A stretch of DNA of 64,000 nucleotides from Candidatus Eiseniibacteriota bacterium (GCA_963717935.1 CAVQXP010000004.1:1152001-1216000); one strand, 5' to 3'. Positions 21,367 to 32,200 are shown, numbered from the stretch's first letter. Notes: generated by a model not told the origin, from the sequence alone. Made by a program: numbers and translations.

Positions 21367-22236
21367 CTAGAGTCCCTCCAGCCGGATCGAGCCGTCGCCG
21401 CAGCGCATCTCGAGCAGCGGGCCGCCGCCGTTCATGCGCCCCCGCAGCGTGTGCCGCCCGAATCGCCCCGAGGTCTCGACGGGCAGGCCCACCCACAGGC
21501 CGCCGTCTCCGGCATGCAGATCGAGGTCCGCGCGCAGCGTGGAGGGCACGCGGAGCGACATGTTGCCGTCGCCGCTGCGCAGGCTCCAGGCGGAGGCGAG
21601 GCGCGAGCCGTCGAGCGCGGTCGCCTCCACGCGTCCGTCGCTGGTGCTCACCTCGAGTTGGTCGAAGCGTCCCTCGAGCCGGAGGCCGCCGTCCCCGCTG
21701 TGGGCCTCGAGCGCCCCGTCGAGACCGGTGGCCCGGATGTGTCCGTCGCCGGTGCTGAGCGAGAGCCGGCCGCACAGGCCGTCGGCCTGGATGGCCCCGT
21801 CGCCGGAGTGGGCGCGGATCTCTCCCGAGAGCGGTGCGATCGTGATGGCCCCGTCGCCGGTCGAGACGTCGAGGTCGGCGTCGCGTGGCAGGCTGACGTC
21901 CACGCGGGTCGTGCGGGCCCCGAATCCGAAGTGGACGATGCGGCGCGGCTCGCGGACCTCGCACAGGACGCGGTCGCCGCTCTGCGAGGCGTCGACCGAG
22001 ACGCCTCGCGAGCCGATGGACCAGCCCCGCGTGGTGACGCGGATGCCCACGGCCGGGCGGTCCCAGGTCGCGACGTGGACGCTGGCGTCATCGGCCCGCA
22101 GGACGAGTGCGGGGCGCCCGGTGGTCGGGTAGGTCTTCTCCCACCGCGTGACGGCTGCGGGTCCCGCAAGGGCGGGGCTCCAGGCGGTGGCCAGGGCGAG
22201 GACGAGGACGGCGGCGGCAAGGCGAGGCATGGGCAT
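21367..22236 (-). CDS. Secreted DUF4097 (beta-strand repeat) protein
   Basis: Signal peptide; repeated (T/S)GDG-I-x units. Confidence 0.8.
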   Translation of the reverse strand: MPMPRLAAAVLVLALATAWSPALAGPAAVTRWEKTYPTTGRPALVLRADDASVHVATWDRPAVGIRVTTRGWSIGSRGVSVDASQSGDRVLCEVREPRRIVHFGFGARTTRVDVSLPRDADLDVSTGDGAITIAPLSGEIRAHSGDGAIQADGLCGRLSLSTGDGHIRATGLDGALEAHSGDGGLRLEGRFDQLEVSTSDGRVEATALDGSRLASAWSLRSGDGNMSLRVPSTLRADLDLHAGDGGLWVGLPVETSGRFGRHTLRGRMNGGGPLLEMRCGDGSIRLEGL

Positions 22237-22260
22237 TCCCTCCAGGGTGACGATCCCTAC

Positions 22261-22287
22261 TACGGAGGGAGACGGGGGTGGGTTGCA
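22261..22287 (-). promoter_or_regulatory. ECF-type promoter TGCAAC-N17-CGTA for the DUF4097 gene
   Basis: Minus strand reads TGCAACccacccccgtctccctcCGTA. Confidence 0.65.
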
Positions 22288-22297
22288 GGAACCGGGG

Positions 22298-23347
22298 CTA
22301 CCGCCCCGCCACCCCGTACGCCATCGGTCGGTTGGCGGCCACGCCCCAGCCGGTGCGATCCACCGCGATGAGCCCCACGTCCCAGCGCTCCGGGAACATG
22401 GCCACGGCTTCCTGGACCGCCTGCTTCGCGGGCACGCCCGCAGCCAGCCGCTCGTAGACCGAGCGCGCCAGGAAACGCCGGATGATCTGCTCGCCCTCGC
22501 CGGTGCAGGCCACCGCGCCGGCCGGGCCGGCGCAGAGCCCGGCGCCGTAGACCGGCACGTCGCCCACGCGGCCGCAGAGCGTCACCGAGGTGCCGCCGGT
22601 GGAGAGCGCGGCGGCGAAGTGCCCGTCCGCGTCGCGCGTGACCGAGCCCACGGTGTCGCCGTGCCTGCCCCACTCGAGCACGTCGGCGGGCATCGCGCCG
22701 GGGAAGTTCCAGTAGCGCCGCCAGTCGAAGACCGTGGTGTCGCGGCGGGTGAACAACTCGGCCTGGCGCCTCATGCGGGCGCGGTACTTGGCCTCGGCCT
22801 GCGGGCTCACGGGCACGATGTCGGCGAAGCCGATCCGGTGGGCGAAGCGGGTCGCGCCCTCGCCCACGAGGAACAGGTGGGGAGTGGAGTCCATGACCGC
22901 GCGCGCCACCCGCACCGGGTTCTTCACGCGCTCGATCGCTCCGACCGCGGCGAAGCGGCCCTCGTCGGTCATGACCGCGGCGTCCATCTGGAGGGTGTGC
23001 CCGTCCAGCCGGATGTTGGCACCGGTGCCGGCATTGAAGCGCGGATCGTCCTCGAGCCACACGGTGCCCGCGACCGCAGCGTCGAGCGCGGAGCCGCGCG
23101 CGACCAGCACGGCGAGCGCCGTGTCGGCCGCGGCGCGCACGCCGTCCGCGTACTCGGGCCCCGAGCCGGCCCCGCCGTGCGTGACCACGAGCGCTCCGCC
23201 ACCGGTGCCGCCGGCGAGCGTGGGCAGGGGCGCGGGGGCCAGCAGGACGACGGGGGCGGGGTCGCGGGTCTGGGCGCTGGCGGAAGCGCCGGCGGGGAGC
23301 AGCGCAAGGATCAGCAGGCCGGTGCGGGTGGATCGGCTGGGTCTCAT
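22298..23347 (-). CDS. Isoaspartyl peptidase/L-asparaginase (Ntn hydrolase) with a predicted signal peptide
   Basis: HGGAG, LEDDP-FNAG, MDA, VKNP, D/TVG autocleavage site, STGG, GRVGD, TG-GE. Confidence 0.85.
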   Translation of the reverse strand: MRPSRSTRTGLLILALLPAGASASAQTRDPAPVVLLAPAPLPTLAGGTGGGALVVTHGGAGSGPEYADGVRAAADTALAVLVARGSALDAAVAGTVWLEDDPRFNAGTGANIRLDGHTLQMDAAVMTDEGRFAAVGAIERVKNPVRVARAVMDSTPHLFLVGEGATRFAHRIGFADIVPVSPQAEAKYRARMRRQAELFTRRDTTVFDWRRYWNFPGAMPADVLEWGRHGDTVGSVTRDADGHFAAALSTGGTSVTLCGRVGDVPVYGAGLCAGPAGAVACTGEGEQIIRRFLARSVYERLAAGVPAKQAVQEAVAMFPERWDVGLIAVDRTGWGVAANRPMAYGVAGR

Positions 23348-23558
23348 CACTCTTCCTCCTGGTGCCGGACCTGGCGTGGACGGTGGCCCGCGCCACGTTA
23401 GGACGTTGTCAGCGCCGGGGTCAACGGCCGCGTCGGCCCGCGTTGGCGCTCCGGCGCCCCGGCGCTATGATGCCGCTGTTCCCCGCACCCGACACGCGCC
23501 CTGCGGTGTATGCAGCATGGGGTGCCCCGCCCCCCCCAGGCCCGAGATGGACGACCGC

Positions 23559-25127
23559 ATGGAAGAGCCCCGCAAACGCATCCTCTGGGCCGACGACGAG
23601 ATCGACCTGCTGCGGCCCCACGTCAAGTTCCTCGAGCAGAAGGGCTTCGCGGTGACGGCGGTGCCCAACGGTGAGGACGCGCTCGCCGAGCTCGAGCGCG
23701 CCCACTACGACCTGGTGCTGCTCGACGAGATGATGCCCGGGCTCGGGGGGCTGGACACCCTCGGGCAGATCAAGGCGCGCAGCCTCGACGTGCCGGTCGT
23801 GCTCGTCACCAAGAGCGAGGAGGAGTCGCTCATGAACGAGGCGCTGGGGCAGCACATCACCGACTACCTCATCAAGCCGGTCAACGCCTCGCAGGTCTTC
23901 CTGGCGTGCAAGCGGGTCTTCGACGCGCAGAGCCTGCAGGACACCCAGCGCGCGCGCGACTACGTGGGCGAGATGCAGCGCTGGCAGGGGCTCGACCTGC
24001 GCCGCCTCGACTGGCCGGGCTGGGTGGACCTGGCGCAGGACGTGGCGCGCTGGGACGTGCGCTTCGACGGCGTGGCCGACGCCGGGCTGCGGCAGGCGCA
24101 CGCCGACTTCCGGCGCAGCCTCAACATCGACTTCGGGCGCTACGTCGAGGAGAACTACCCGCACTGGGTGCGCGACGCCGCGGACCGCCCGCCGCTCTCG
24201 ACCGACGTGGTGGCGCGCGCGCTCGTGCCGCACCTGCAGGCCGGGCGGCGCGTGTTCTTCGTCATCATCGACTGCATGCGTCTGGACCAGTGGTTCTCGC
24301 TCGAGCCGCTGCTCGAGGAGCTGTTCACGGTCCAGCGCGACTACTACTGCTCGATCCTGCCGACCGCCACGCCCTACTCGCGCAACGCCATCTTCTCGGG
24401 CCTGCTGCCGGCGCAGCTCAAGCAACAGCACCCCGACCTGTGGCAGGAGGGCACCGACGACGAGCGCACCAAGAACCGCTTCGAGCGCCAGTTGCTCGAG
24501 GCGCAACTGGCGCGCCTGACACCGGGCCAGGAGAAGCCGGTCAAGTACATCAAGATCTACGACCAGAACGAGGCCCTGGCCACGCGCCGGCAGATCAACT
24601 CGTTCAGCGGGCTGCCGCTGGTGAGCATGGTGTTCAACTTCCTCGACATCCTGGCGCATGGCCGCTCGGAGAGCGACATCCTGCAGGAGTTGGCGCCCGA
24701 TGAGGCCGCCTTCCGCGCGGTCACGAAGGCGTGGTTCGTGCACAGCCCGCTCTACGACATCTTCCGCGCTCTCTCCACCCAGGACGTCACCGTGGTGTTG
24801 ACCACCGACCACGGCGCGGTGCTCGGGCGGCGGGCGGCGCTGGTCTATGGCAACCGCGACACCTCGACCAACCTGCGTTACAAGTTCGGGATCAACCTGA
24901 ACTGCGACGCGAAGCAGGCGGTCATCATCCGCCGGCCGATGGACTACATGCTCCCCGACGAGGGCGTGAACAAGAACTACGTGCTGGCGCGCGAGGACTT
25001 CTACTTCGTGTACCCGACGCGCTTCCACGAGTTCGAGCGCCAGTACCGCGGGTCGTTCCAGCACGGCGGCATCTCGGTCGAGGAGATGATCCTGCCGCTG
25101 CTGACGCTGACCCCCCGCACGCCGTGA
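23559..25127 (+). CDS. PorX-like response regulator: receiver domain plus PglZ/alkaline-phosphatase domain
   Basis: ILWADDEIDLL, LDEMMPG, TKSEEE, DYLIKP; IDCMRLDQW, SILPTAT-YSRNAIF-GL, NFLD-L-H, TTDHG, FQHGGIS-EEM. Confidence 0.88.
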   Translation: MEEPRKRILWADDEIDLLRPHVKFLEQKGFAVTAVPNGEDALAELERAHYDLVLLDEMMPGLGGLDTLGQIKARSLDVPVVLVTKSEEESLMNEALGQHITDYLIKPVNASQVFLACKRVFDAQSLQDTQRARDYVGEMQRWQGLDLRRLDWPGWVDLAQDVARWDVRFDGVADAGLRQAHADFRRSLNIDFGRYVEENYPHWVRDAADRPPLSTDVVARALVPHLQAGRRVFFVIIDCMRLDQWFSLEPLLEELFTVQRDYYCSILPTATPYSRNAIFSGLLPAQLKQQHPDLWQEGTDDERTKNRFERQLLEAQLARLTPGQEKPVKYIKIYDQNEALATRRQINSFSGLPLVSMVFNFLDILAHGRSESDILQELAPDEAAFRAVTKAWFVHSPLYDIFRALSTQDVTVVLTTDHGAVLGRRAALVYGNRDTSTNLRYKFGINLNCDAKQAVIIRRPMDYMLPDEGVNKNYVLAREDFYFVYPTRFHEFERQYRGSFQHGGISVEEMILPLLTLTPRTP

Positions 25128-25657
25128 CGGGATCGCTCGGGCGCGATCGGCCGGCGCCCGGCGCGGAGCCGGCCGGGTTCCCCGCCGGGCGCCGGCGGGT
25201 CACGGCCGCGGTCGAGGAGACCGAGCGGCTCGGCGAGACGCTCGCCGCGGGGCTCGTGGCGGGTGACGTGCTGGTGCTCACCGGGCCGCTCGGCTCGGGC
25301 AAGACGCGCTTCGTGGCCGGCCTGGCCCGTGGCCTCGGCGCCAGGTCGCGCGTGCGCAGTCCGTCCTTCACGCTGCTGAACGAGTACCGTGGCGCGTTCA
25401 TGCTCCACCATCTGGACCTCTACCGGCTCGAAGGGCCGGACGTGGATGGGTTGGGGCTCGAGGAGCTGGTGGACGAGGGTGCTCTCGTGGTGGAGTGGGG
25501 CGAGAAGCTGCCGGCCTGGCTGCGCGAAGAGGCCCTGACGCTGGTCTTCGAGGTGCTTTCCGAGCACGAGCGGGCAGTCACCGCGAGCGCGGCGGGCGAG
25601 CGCGGCGGCGAATTGCTCGCGGTCTGGGAGCTGATGCCGGCCGGGGAGGCGCGGTGA
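25124..25657 (+). CDS. tsaE: tRNA t6A biosynthesis ATPase TsaE
   Basis: GPLGSGKT, SPSFTL, HLDLYRL, VEWGE. Confidence 0.93.
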   Translation: MTGSLGRDRPAPGAEPAGFPAGRRRVTAAVEETERLGETLAAGLVAGDVLVLTGPLGSGKTRFVAGLARGLGARSRVRSPSFTLLNEYRGAFMLHHLDLYRLEGPDVDGLGLEELVDEGALVVEWGEKLPAWLREEALTLVFEVLSEHERAVTASAAGERGGELLAVWELMPAGEAR

Positions 25658-26955
25658 GCGCGGCCCCGGCGGGACACGTCTCCGCGAAGCCCGGGCTCGT
25701 CATCGAGTCGGCGACCGCTCACGTCGAGGTGCTGGTGTGCGCGCCCGACGGTGCGGCGCTGGCGCACGAGGCCGAGGACGTGGGCCACGGCCACACGCGG
25801 CGGCTCACACCGCTCGTGACGCGGGCGCTCGCCCGGGCGCAGGTCGAGCCCCGCACGCTGGGCTGGATCGCCGCCGACCTGGGACCAGGCTCCTTCACCG
25901 GGGTGCGCGTGGGGCTCGCGACCGCCGAGGCCTTCGCGCTGGCCGCGGATGCGCCGTTGCTGGGCGCCTCCTCGCTGGCCGCGCTGGCGCTGTCGTCCGG
26001 GGCCGGCCGCGCACTGGTCGTGCCGCTGGTTCCCGGCGGGCGGCACGACCTCTACGCCGGCTTCTTCCGCGCCGACCTGCGTGGCCGCGTCACGTTGCTG
26101 GCCGCGCCGCGCGTGGCGGCCCTGCCCGCGCTGCTCGAGATGGTGACCGAGGCGCGTGCCCTGCTGCCGCGCGGCTCGGACCTGCGCTTCACGGGCCCCG
26201 GGGCCGCGCGCGAGCGCGAGGCGCTGGAGCGCTTCGCCCCCGGGAGCACCGGGCCGGCCGGGGACCTGGCGGGGCTCTCGGCCACGGATCTGGCGGCGGC
26301 CGTGCGCTCGGGCTTCGGGCCCGCAGCCGGGCTGCCCGCGCCGGGGGAGGAGCCGCGACCGCTCTACGTGCGCTCGGCGCAGGCCGAGGAGCGCGTCCGC
26401 CATGCGGCGCTCGCCGGCCGGCCCATCCGCATCCGCGACTTCACGGAGCCGGACCTGCCGGCCGTGGCCGCGGTCGAGCGGCGTGTCTTCAGCGATGCCT
26501 GGCCGGAGTCGTTCTTCCGCGAGGAACTCTCGCAGGCCATGGCCTGGGCGCGCGTCGCCGAGGCCGACGGTGCGCTCGCCGGCTACCTGCTGGCCTGGGT
26601 GGGGGCCGGCGCCGGTCACGTCGGCAACCTGGCGGTGGTCCCGGAGGCGCGCCGGCGCGGCGTGGCACGCGCGCTGCTCGAGGACCTGCTGGAGCGCGCC
26701 GGCGCGGCCGGTGCCGTGAGCCTCACGCTCGAAGTGCGGGTCTCGAACTTCGCGGCCCAGGCGCTCTACCGGGCCTTCGGATTCCGGCTGGCGGGTCTGC
26801 GCCGCGGGTATTATCGTGACACGGGCGAAGATGCGCTCATCATGGCGTGGACGGCTGCGGATGCCGGTGTGGCGTCCGCGGCGTCCGGCCGCGGTGGACC
26901 CGCGCGGGACGCGGGCGCGCCGGCCGGCAGACCCATCACCTCAACCCCCGGGTGA
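25654..26955 (+). CDS. tsaB: TsaB-RimI fusion (t6A dimerisation subunit plus GNAT acetyltransferase)
   Basis: GPGSFTGVRVG (TsaB); C-terminal NLAV-P-RRRG, LEVRVSN-A-LY-GF...RRGYY-D-GEDA-IM (RimI), all in one frame. Confidence 0.85.
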   Translation: MSAAPAGHVSAKPGLVIESATAHVEVLVCAPDGAALAHEAEDVGHGHTRRLTPLVTRALARAQVEPRTLGWIAADLGPGSFTGVRVGLATAEAFALAADAPLLGASSLAALALSSGAGRALVVPLVPGGRHDLYAGFFRADLRGRVTLLAAPRVAALPALLEMVTEARALLPRGSDLRFTGPGAAREREALERFAPGSTGPAGDLAGLSATDLAAAVRSGFGPAAGLPAPGEEPRPLYVRSAQAEERVRHAALAGRPIRIRDFTEPDLPAVAAVERRVFSDAWPESFFREELSQAMAWARVAEADGALAGYLLAWVGAGAGHVGNLAVVPEARRRGVARALLEDLLERAGAAGAVSLTLEVRVSNFAAQALYRAFGFRLAGLRRGYYRDTGEDALIMAWTAADAGVASAASGRGGPARDAGAPAGRPITSTPG

Positions 26956-26957
26956 CC

Positions 26958-27911
26958 ATGTCCTGGCTCAAGAAGGAACGCACCCGCGTCATGACGCGGA
27001 AGAAAGAGGAACGCAGCGAGGTCCCCGAAGGCCTGTGGACCAAGTGCGAGGAGTGCGGCGAGGCGCTCTTCCAGAGCGTGCTGGAGGAGAACCTCTGGAC
27101 CTGCCCGCACTGCGACCACCACTTCCGGGTGCCGGCGAAGGTCTACCTCGGCTTCCTCGCGGACCCGGGCTCCTTCGAAGAGCGCTTCGCGAACCTGGTG
27201 GCCGGCGACCCGCTCGAGTTCCGCGACGCCAAGCTGTGCTACCCCGATCGCATCAAGCACGCCCAGAAGGAGACGGGTCTGAAGGACGCGGCGCTCACCG
27301 GTGTGGCGACCGTGGGCGGCAAGCCCGTGAGCCTGACGCTCATGGACTTCTTCTTCATGGGCGGCAGCATGGGCTCGGTCGTGGGCGAGAAGGTGGCGCG
27401 TTCGATCGAGCTGGCGCTGGCCGAGCGCCGGGCGCTGATCCTGGTGTCGTCCACCGGCGGGGCGCGCATGCAGGAGGGCATCCTCTCGCTGATGCAGATG
27501 GCCAAGACCTCGGCCCTGCTGGCGCGGCTGCAGGACGAGCACCTGCCGTTCCTCTCGATCCTGACCGACCCGTCCACCGCGGGCGTGCTCGCCTCTTACG
27601 CCTCGCTGGGGGACGTGATCCTCGCCGAGCGCAAGGCGCTGGTGGGCTTCGCCGGCGCCCGGGTCATCCGCCAGACCATCGGCGAGGAGCTCCCCGAAGG
27701 CTTCCAGCGGGCCGAGTTCGTGCGCGAGAAGGGCTTCGTGGACCGGGTCGTCCATCGCAAGCAGATGCGCGACGAGGTCTCGACGCTGCTCGAGTTCTTC
27801 TGGCGCTCGACGGCGGGCTTCGCGGCGGAGGGCAGGCCCTCGCCGCACCCCGGCGCACCCCGGCCCACCGGTCTTCCGGCCCGGACGGAGGAACCGCCAC
27901 GCCCGAAGTGA
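26958..27911 (+). CDS. accD: Acetyl-CoA carboxylase carboxyltransferase beta subunit
   Basis: GLWTKC-C...CPHC Zn finger, FMGGSMG, GGARMQEG, GFAG-RVI, PEGFQ-AEF. Confidence 0.96.
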   Translation: MSWLKKERTRVMTRKKEERSEVPEGLWTKCEECGEALFQSVLEENLWTCPHCDHHFRVPAKVYLGFLADPGSFEERFANLVAGDPLEFRDAKLCYPDRIKHAQKETGLKDAALTGVATVGGKPVSLTLMDFFFMGGSMGSVVGEKVARSIELALAERRALILVSSTGGARMQEGILSLMQMAKTSALLARLQDEHLPFLSILTDPSTAGVLASYASLGDVILAERKALVGFAGARVIRQTIGEELPEGFQRAEFVREKGFVDRVVHRKQMRDEVSTLLEFFWRSTAGFAAEGRPSPHPGAPRPTGLPARTEEPPRPK

Positions 27912-29203
27912 GCCTCCAGCAGTCGCTCGAAGCGCTGTACGGACTGGAGCGCCGGCGCGACAAGCTCGGCCTCGAGGGCACGCGTGCGCTGCTCGGCGCC
28001 CTGGGCGATCCCCACGCCGAGTGGGCCTCGGTGCACGTGGCGGGCACGAACGGCAAGGGCTCGGTGTGCGCGCTGGTGGAGCGCGTGCTGCGCGAGGCCG
28101 GGATCTGCACCGGGCTCTTCACCTCGCCACACCTGGTGGACTTCCGCGAGCGCATCCGCGTGGCCGGCCAGTGGGCCGACGAGAAGCGGCTGGCGCGGCG
28201 CCTCGCGCTGGTCTCGCGCCTGCCCGAGGGCAAGGGCCGCACCTTCTTCGAGGTCTGCACGGCGCTGGCCTTCGACGACTTCGCCGCCCGCGAGGTCGAA
28301 TGGGCGGTGGTCGAGGTGGGCCTGGGCGGGCGGCTCGACTCGACCAACGTGGTCGAGTCCACGCTCTCGGTCATCACCTCGATCGGGGTGGACCACGCGG
28401 ATCTGCTGGGCCGCACCCCCCGGCAGATCGCCGCCGAGAAGGCCGGGATCATCAAGCCCGAGGTCCCGGTGGTGAGCGGGGTCGCTCCCGGCGAGGCCGC
28501 GGAGGTGATCGCGCGGACGGCGGACCAGCGGGACGCGCCGCTCGTGCTGGCGGCCGAGCGGGTCAAGACGGCCTGGCTCGGCGACGGGCCGGACGGCCTG
28601 CGCTGCACCGCCGAGGTCGCGCCCTGGGGGCGGCTCGAACTGGCCTGCCCGCTCCACGGCCGCCACCAGCTCGAGAATGCGCGCACCGCGCTGGCGGCGC
28701 TCTCGATGCTGACCGAGAGCGGCGTGGAGATCGAGTCCGAGGCGGTGGTGGAGGGCTTCGCCCGGGCGCGCTGGCCGGGACGGCTCGAGGCCTGTCCTGA
28801 CGAGCCGCGGCTGTGGTGGGACGGGGCCCACAATCCCGATGGCTTCGCCGCGCTCGCCGGCGCCTGGCGCGAGGATCTCGGGTTCGAGCCGCCGGGGGCG
28901 GTCGTGCTGGCGCTCGCGCAGGACAAGGACGTGGAGGCCATCGCGCGGCGGCTCGGCCCGTGGGTCGCGCCGGCGCGTGTCATCGCCACGCAGTCGCGCA
29001 ATCCGCGCGCGCTGCCCGCCGGCGAGTTGCGCGCGCGCCTGGGCGCGGAGGGCCTCGACGCGCGGGAGGCGCCGGGTGTGGCGGAGGCGGTCGGGACGGC
29101 GCTCGCGGGGGCGCCCGGCGGGCGCGTGCTGTTGTGCGGCTCGCTCGTCGCCGTGGCCGAGGCGATGGAGGCCTTCGGCGGCGCGCCGGGAGAGTGGCTG
29201 TGA
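27908..29203 (+). CDS. folC: Folylpolyglutamate synthase/dihydrofolate synthase
   Basis: HVAGTNGKGS, FTSPHL-FRERI, EVGLGGRLDSTN, EKAGIIK, WPGRLE, DGAHN. Confidence 0.95.
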   Translation: MSLQQSLEALYGLERRRDKLGLEGTRALLGALGDPHAEWASVHVAGTNGKGSVCALVERVLREAGICTGLFTSPHLVDFRERIRVAGQWADEKRLARRLALVSRLPEGKGRTFFEVCTALAFDDFAAREVEWAVVEVGLGGRLDSTNVVESTLSVITSIGVDHADLLGRTPRQIAAEKAGIIKPEVPVVSGVAPGEAAEVIARTADQRDAPLVLAAERVKTAWLGDGPDGLRCTAEVAPWGRLELACPLHGRHQLENARTALAALSMLTESGVEIESEAVVEGFARARWPGRLEACPDEPRLWWDGAHNPDGFAALAGAWREDLGFEPPGAVVLALAQDKDVEAIARRLGPWVAPARVIATQSRNPRALPAGELRARLGAEGLDAREAPGVAEAVGTALAGAPGGRVLLCGSLVAVAEAMEAFGGAPGEWL

Positions 29204-32200
29204 GGCGCCTGCTGGTCCTGCTCGCGCTGGCCGGGCTGGCGTTCGCCGCTCCCCGCGCGTGGGCAGCCGACCCTCCGGACGAGCCCCCGCTCAACCTCAC
29301 GGCCGACAACCTGACCGGCAGCCACGGTCCCGAGGGCGATTTCGTCATGCTCAACGGCGCCGTGCGCATGACGCGCGGCCGCACCGTGCTCACCGCCGAC
29401 GCCGGGCGCTACTACAAGGTGCAGGGCATGCTCTACCTGGACGGGCACGTGCAGATGGTGGACAGCGTGACCACCATGACCTGCGACCACGCCTCGTACT
29501 CCGAGGCCCAGGACCAGCTGTTCGTCCAGGGTAACGTGAGGCTGGTGGACAAGGACTCGGAGATCCGGGCGCCCTCCGGCACCTACGACCGCCGCAGCGG
29601 GCGCGCCGACCTGGCCGGCCCGGTCGAGGGGCGCGACCGGAAGATGGTCCTGTACGCGGACCGCGCGGTCTACCTGCGGGACTCCGCGGTGGTGCTGGCG
29701 CGCGGCCACGTGCGCGGCGTCGACCAGGAGAACAAGACCGAACTCGAGGCGCGATCCGTGGACTACGACCGCGTGCGGAAGGTGGCCGTGGGGACCGGCG
29801 ATCCCGTGCTGCGCACGCGCGACGACGACAGCCGGGTCACCGAGTTGCGCGCGCTCCGGCTGGTGGTGGACACGGAGCGGCGCGTGGCCGAGGCGATCGA
29901 CTCGGTGCGCATCTCGCGCGACACGCTGCAGGCACGTGGTGACCACGCCCTGTTCGACGACGTCGCCCAGCGCGGCTGGGTCACCGGGAACCCGCGGGCC
30001 TGGGACGATCAGACCAGGGTGAGCGGCGACACGCTCGAGTTCCAGACCGAGAAACGCGCGGTCAAGGCGGTCGTGGTGCGGTCCAACGCGGTCATGGACT
30101 ACGTCGGGAGCCGGCCCAACACGCTGGGCGAGGCCAGCCGGCTCACCGGCGACACGGCGACCGTGTACTTCACCGGCGGCGACATCGACAGCCTGGTGGC
30201 GGTGGGCAAGGCGCGCAACGAGTACACCGGCGTGCCGCGCGCGGGGAAGACCTCCGAGCAGAACGAGGCGGCGGGCGACACCATCACGGTGTTCTTCCGC
30301 GAGCGCAAGATCGACCGCGCCCAGATCCAGGGCGGTGCGCGCGGCACCTATCGCATCGCGGTGGACGTGGGCGACACCACGGCGGCGAAGAAGGAGGTCG
30401 TGGAGTACGACGCCAGGCGCATCGAGTTCCGGGTGGCGGAGAGCACCATCGTACTGGACACGGACGCCCATCTCACCTACCAGGATCTCGAGTTGCGCGC
30501 GCGCCAGGTGAAGTACGACATCGAGCGGCAGACGCTCGAGGCCGAAGGCTCGCCGGTGCTCGGCGACCGCGGCGAGCAGGTCAAGGGCGGACTCATGACC
30601 TACGACCTCCCGTCCCGCGTGGGCACCATCTACGATGCGCAGACCAACTACGAGAAGGGCCTCTACCTGGGCCAGCGCATCCGCAAGGTGGGCGAGAACG
30701 AGCTGGACGTGATGAACGGCACCTACACGACCTGCAACGGGTCCAAGCCGCACTACCGCTTCTCGTCGCACTGGATGAAGATCTTCCTGAAGGACAAGCT
30801 GGTGGCGAAGCCGGTCGTGTTCTACCTGGGGAACGTGCCCCTGCTGGCGCTGCCCTTCTGGGTGTTCCCGGTGAAGTCGGGGCGCCACTCGGGGTTCCTC
30901 TTCCCGCAGTTCGAGTTCGGCCTCAGCAACAGCGCCGGGCAGTTCATCCGCAACGCCGGCTACTACTGGGCGCCCAACGACTACATGGACTTCACCGCGG
31001 CCGGTGACTACTACCAGGCCGAGCCGTCCTGGGTGCTGCGGGGGGACGGCGAATACCGCCTGCTCTACCGCCTGGGCGGGAGCTTCCGCGGCACCTTCGC
31101 GCGCAACGAGAGCCCGCTGAACCGCACCGAGAACTGGGACTTCAGCGCCGACCACTCGCAGGAGATCACGCCGCGCACCCGGCTGGTGGCGCGCGCCTCG
31201 TTCGTCTCGAGCAAGGACTACAACTCGAGCAACCTCTACGGACGCTCCCTCTCGCAGCGCCTGAACCGGTTCCTCACCTCCAGCCTGGCGATCTCGCACA
31301 ACGCCGACTGGGCCAGCATCAACGCGGTCATCGACCGGCGCCAGGACCTCGACGCGGACGAGAGCGTGATCGAGGCGAACCGCAACGCGATCCAGCCCAT
31401 CGGCACCGCCGCCACGCTCGCCAACCTCACCGAGTCGAAGCCCACGCTCTCGATCGCCTTCCCGACCCGCGCCATCGGCAGTCTCGGGCTGCTCAAGCGC
31501 ACACCGCTGGCGAAGCCGCTGCGCACCCTCTATTTCGGGCTCAACAGCCAGTTCATCTCCTACACGGAGCAGCGGGCCTTCGTCGCGGGCCACACGCCGT
31601 TCGCGGCGGACGTGATGCGGGACTCGATCACCACGCTCGGACAGCAACGCACGACGCGGCGGGGCCTGTCGAACAGCATCGGCCTCTCGGACTCGCGCCA
31701 GCTCTTCGGCTGGCTCAATTTCCAGCCGCAACTGCGGGCCAACGTGGTGGTGTTCGACTTCGACGAGCAGGGCCACACGGTGGTGCCGGCCAGCGTCTGG
31801 TCGAGCGGCGTCACGATGAGCACGACCTTCTACGGCGCGTTCCGGCCACGCATCCTCGGGCTGGAAGGGTTGCGCCACGTCGTCTCTCCGAACGCCTCGC
31901 TGTCCTACAGCCCGGAGTTCCCGGGGCTCACCTACGTGGACTCCGCCGGCTTCCGCCGGAACCGATTCAAGAGCTTCTCCGGCGTGGGCATCTCCGGGTT
32001 CCGGCAGTCGCGCCTCAATTTCAGCCTCGACCAGCGCCTGCAGGCCAAGCTCAAGCGCGGCGGAAACATCACGCGCCTGGACAACCTGCTGTCTTGGAGC
32101 ATGGGGGGCTCGTACGACTTCCTCTACCGGGATCACGGGCTCGAGCACCCGCTCTCGAACCTCTCCTCGGGCGTGCTCCTGCAGCCGCCGGGTTACATGA

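Noticed and set aside
23559..25127. PglZ domain as a sign of a BREX/Pgl anti-phage system
   Set aside because: It is fused to a receiver domain (PorX architecture), and no brxC, pglX or brxL genes are nearby.
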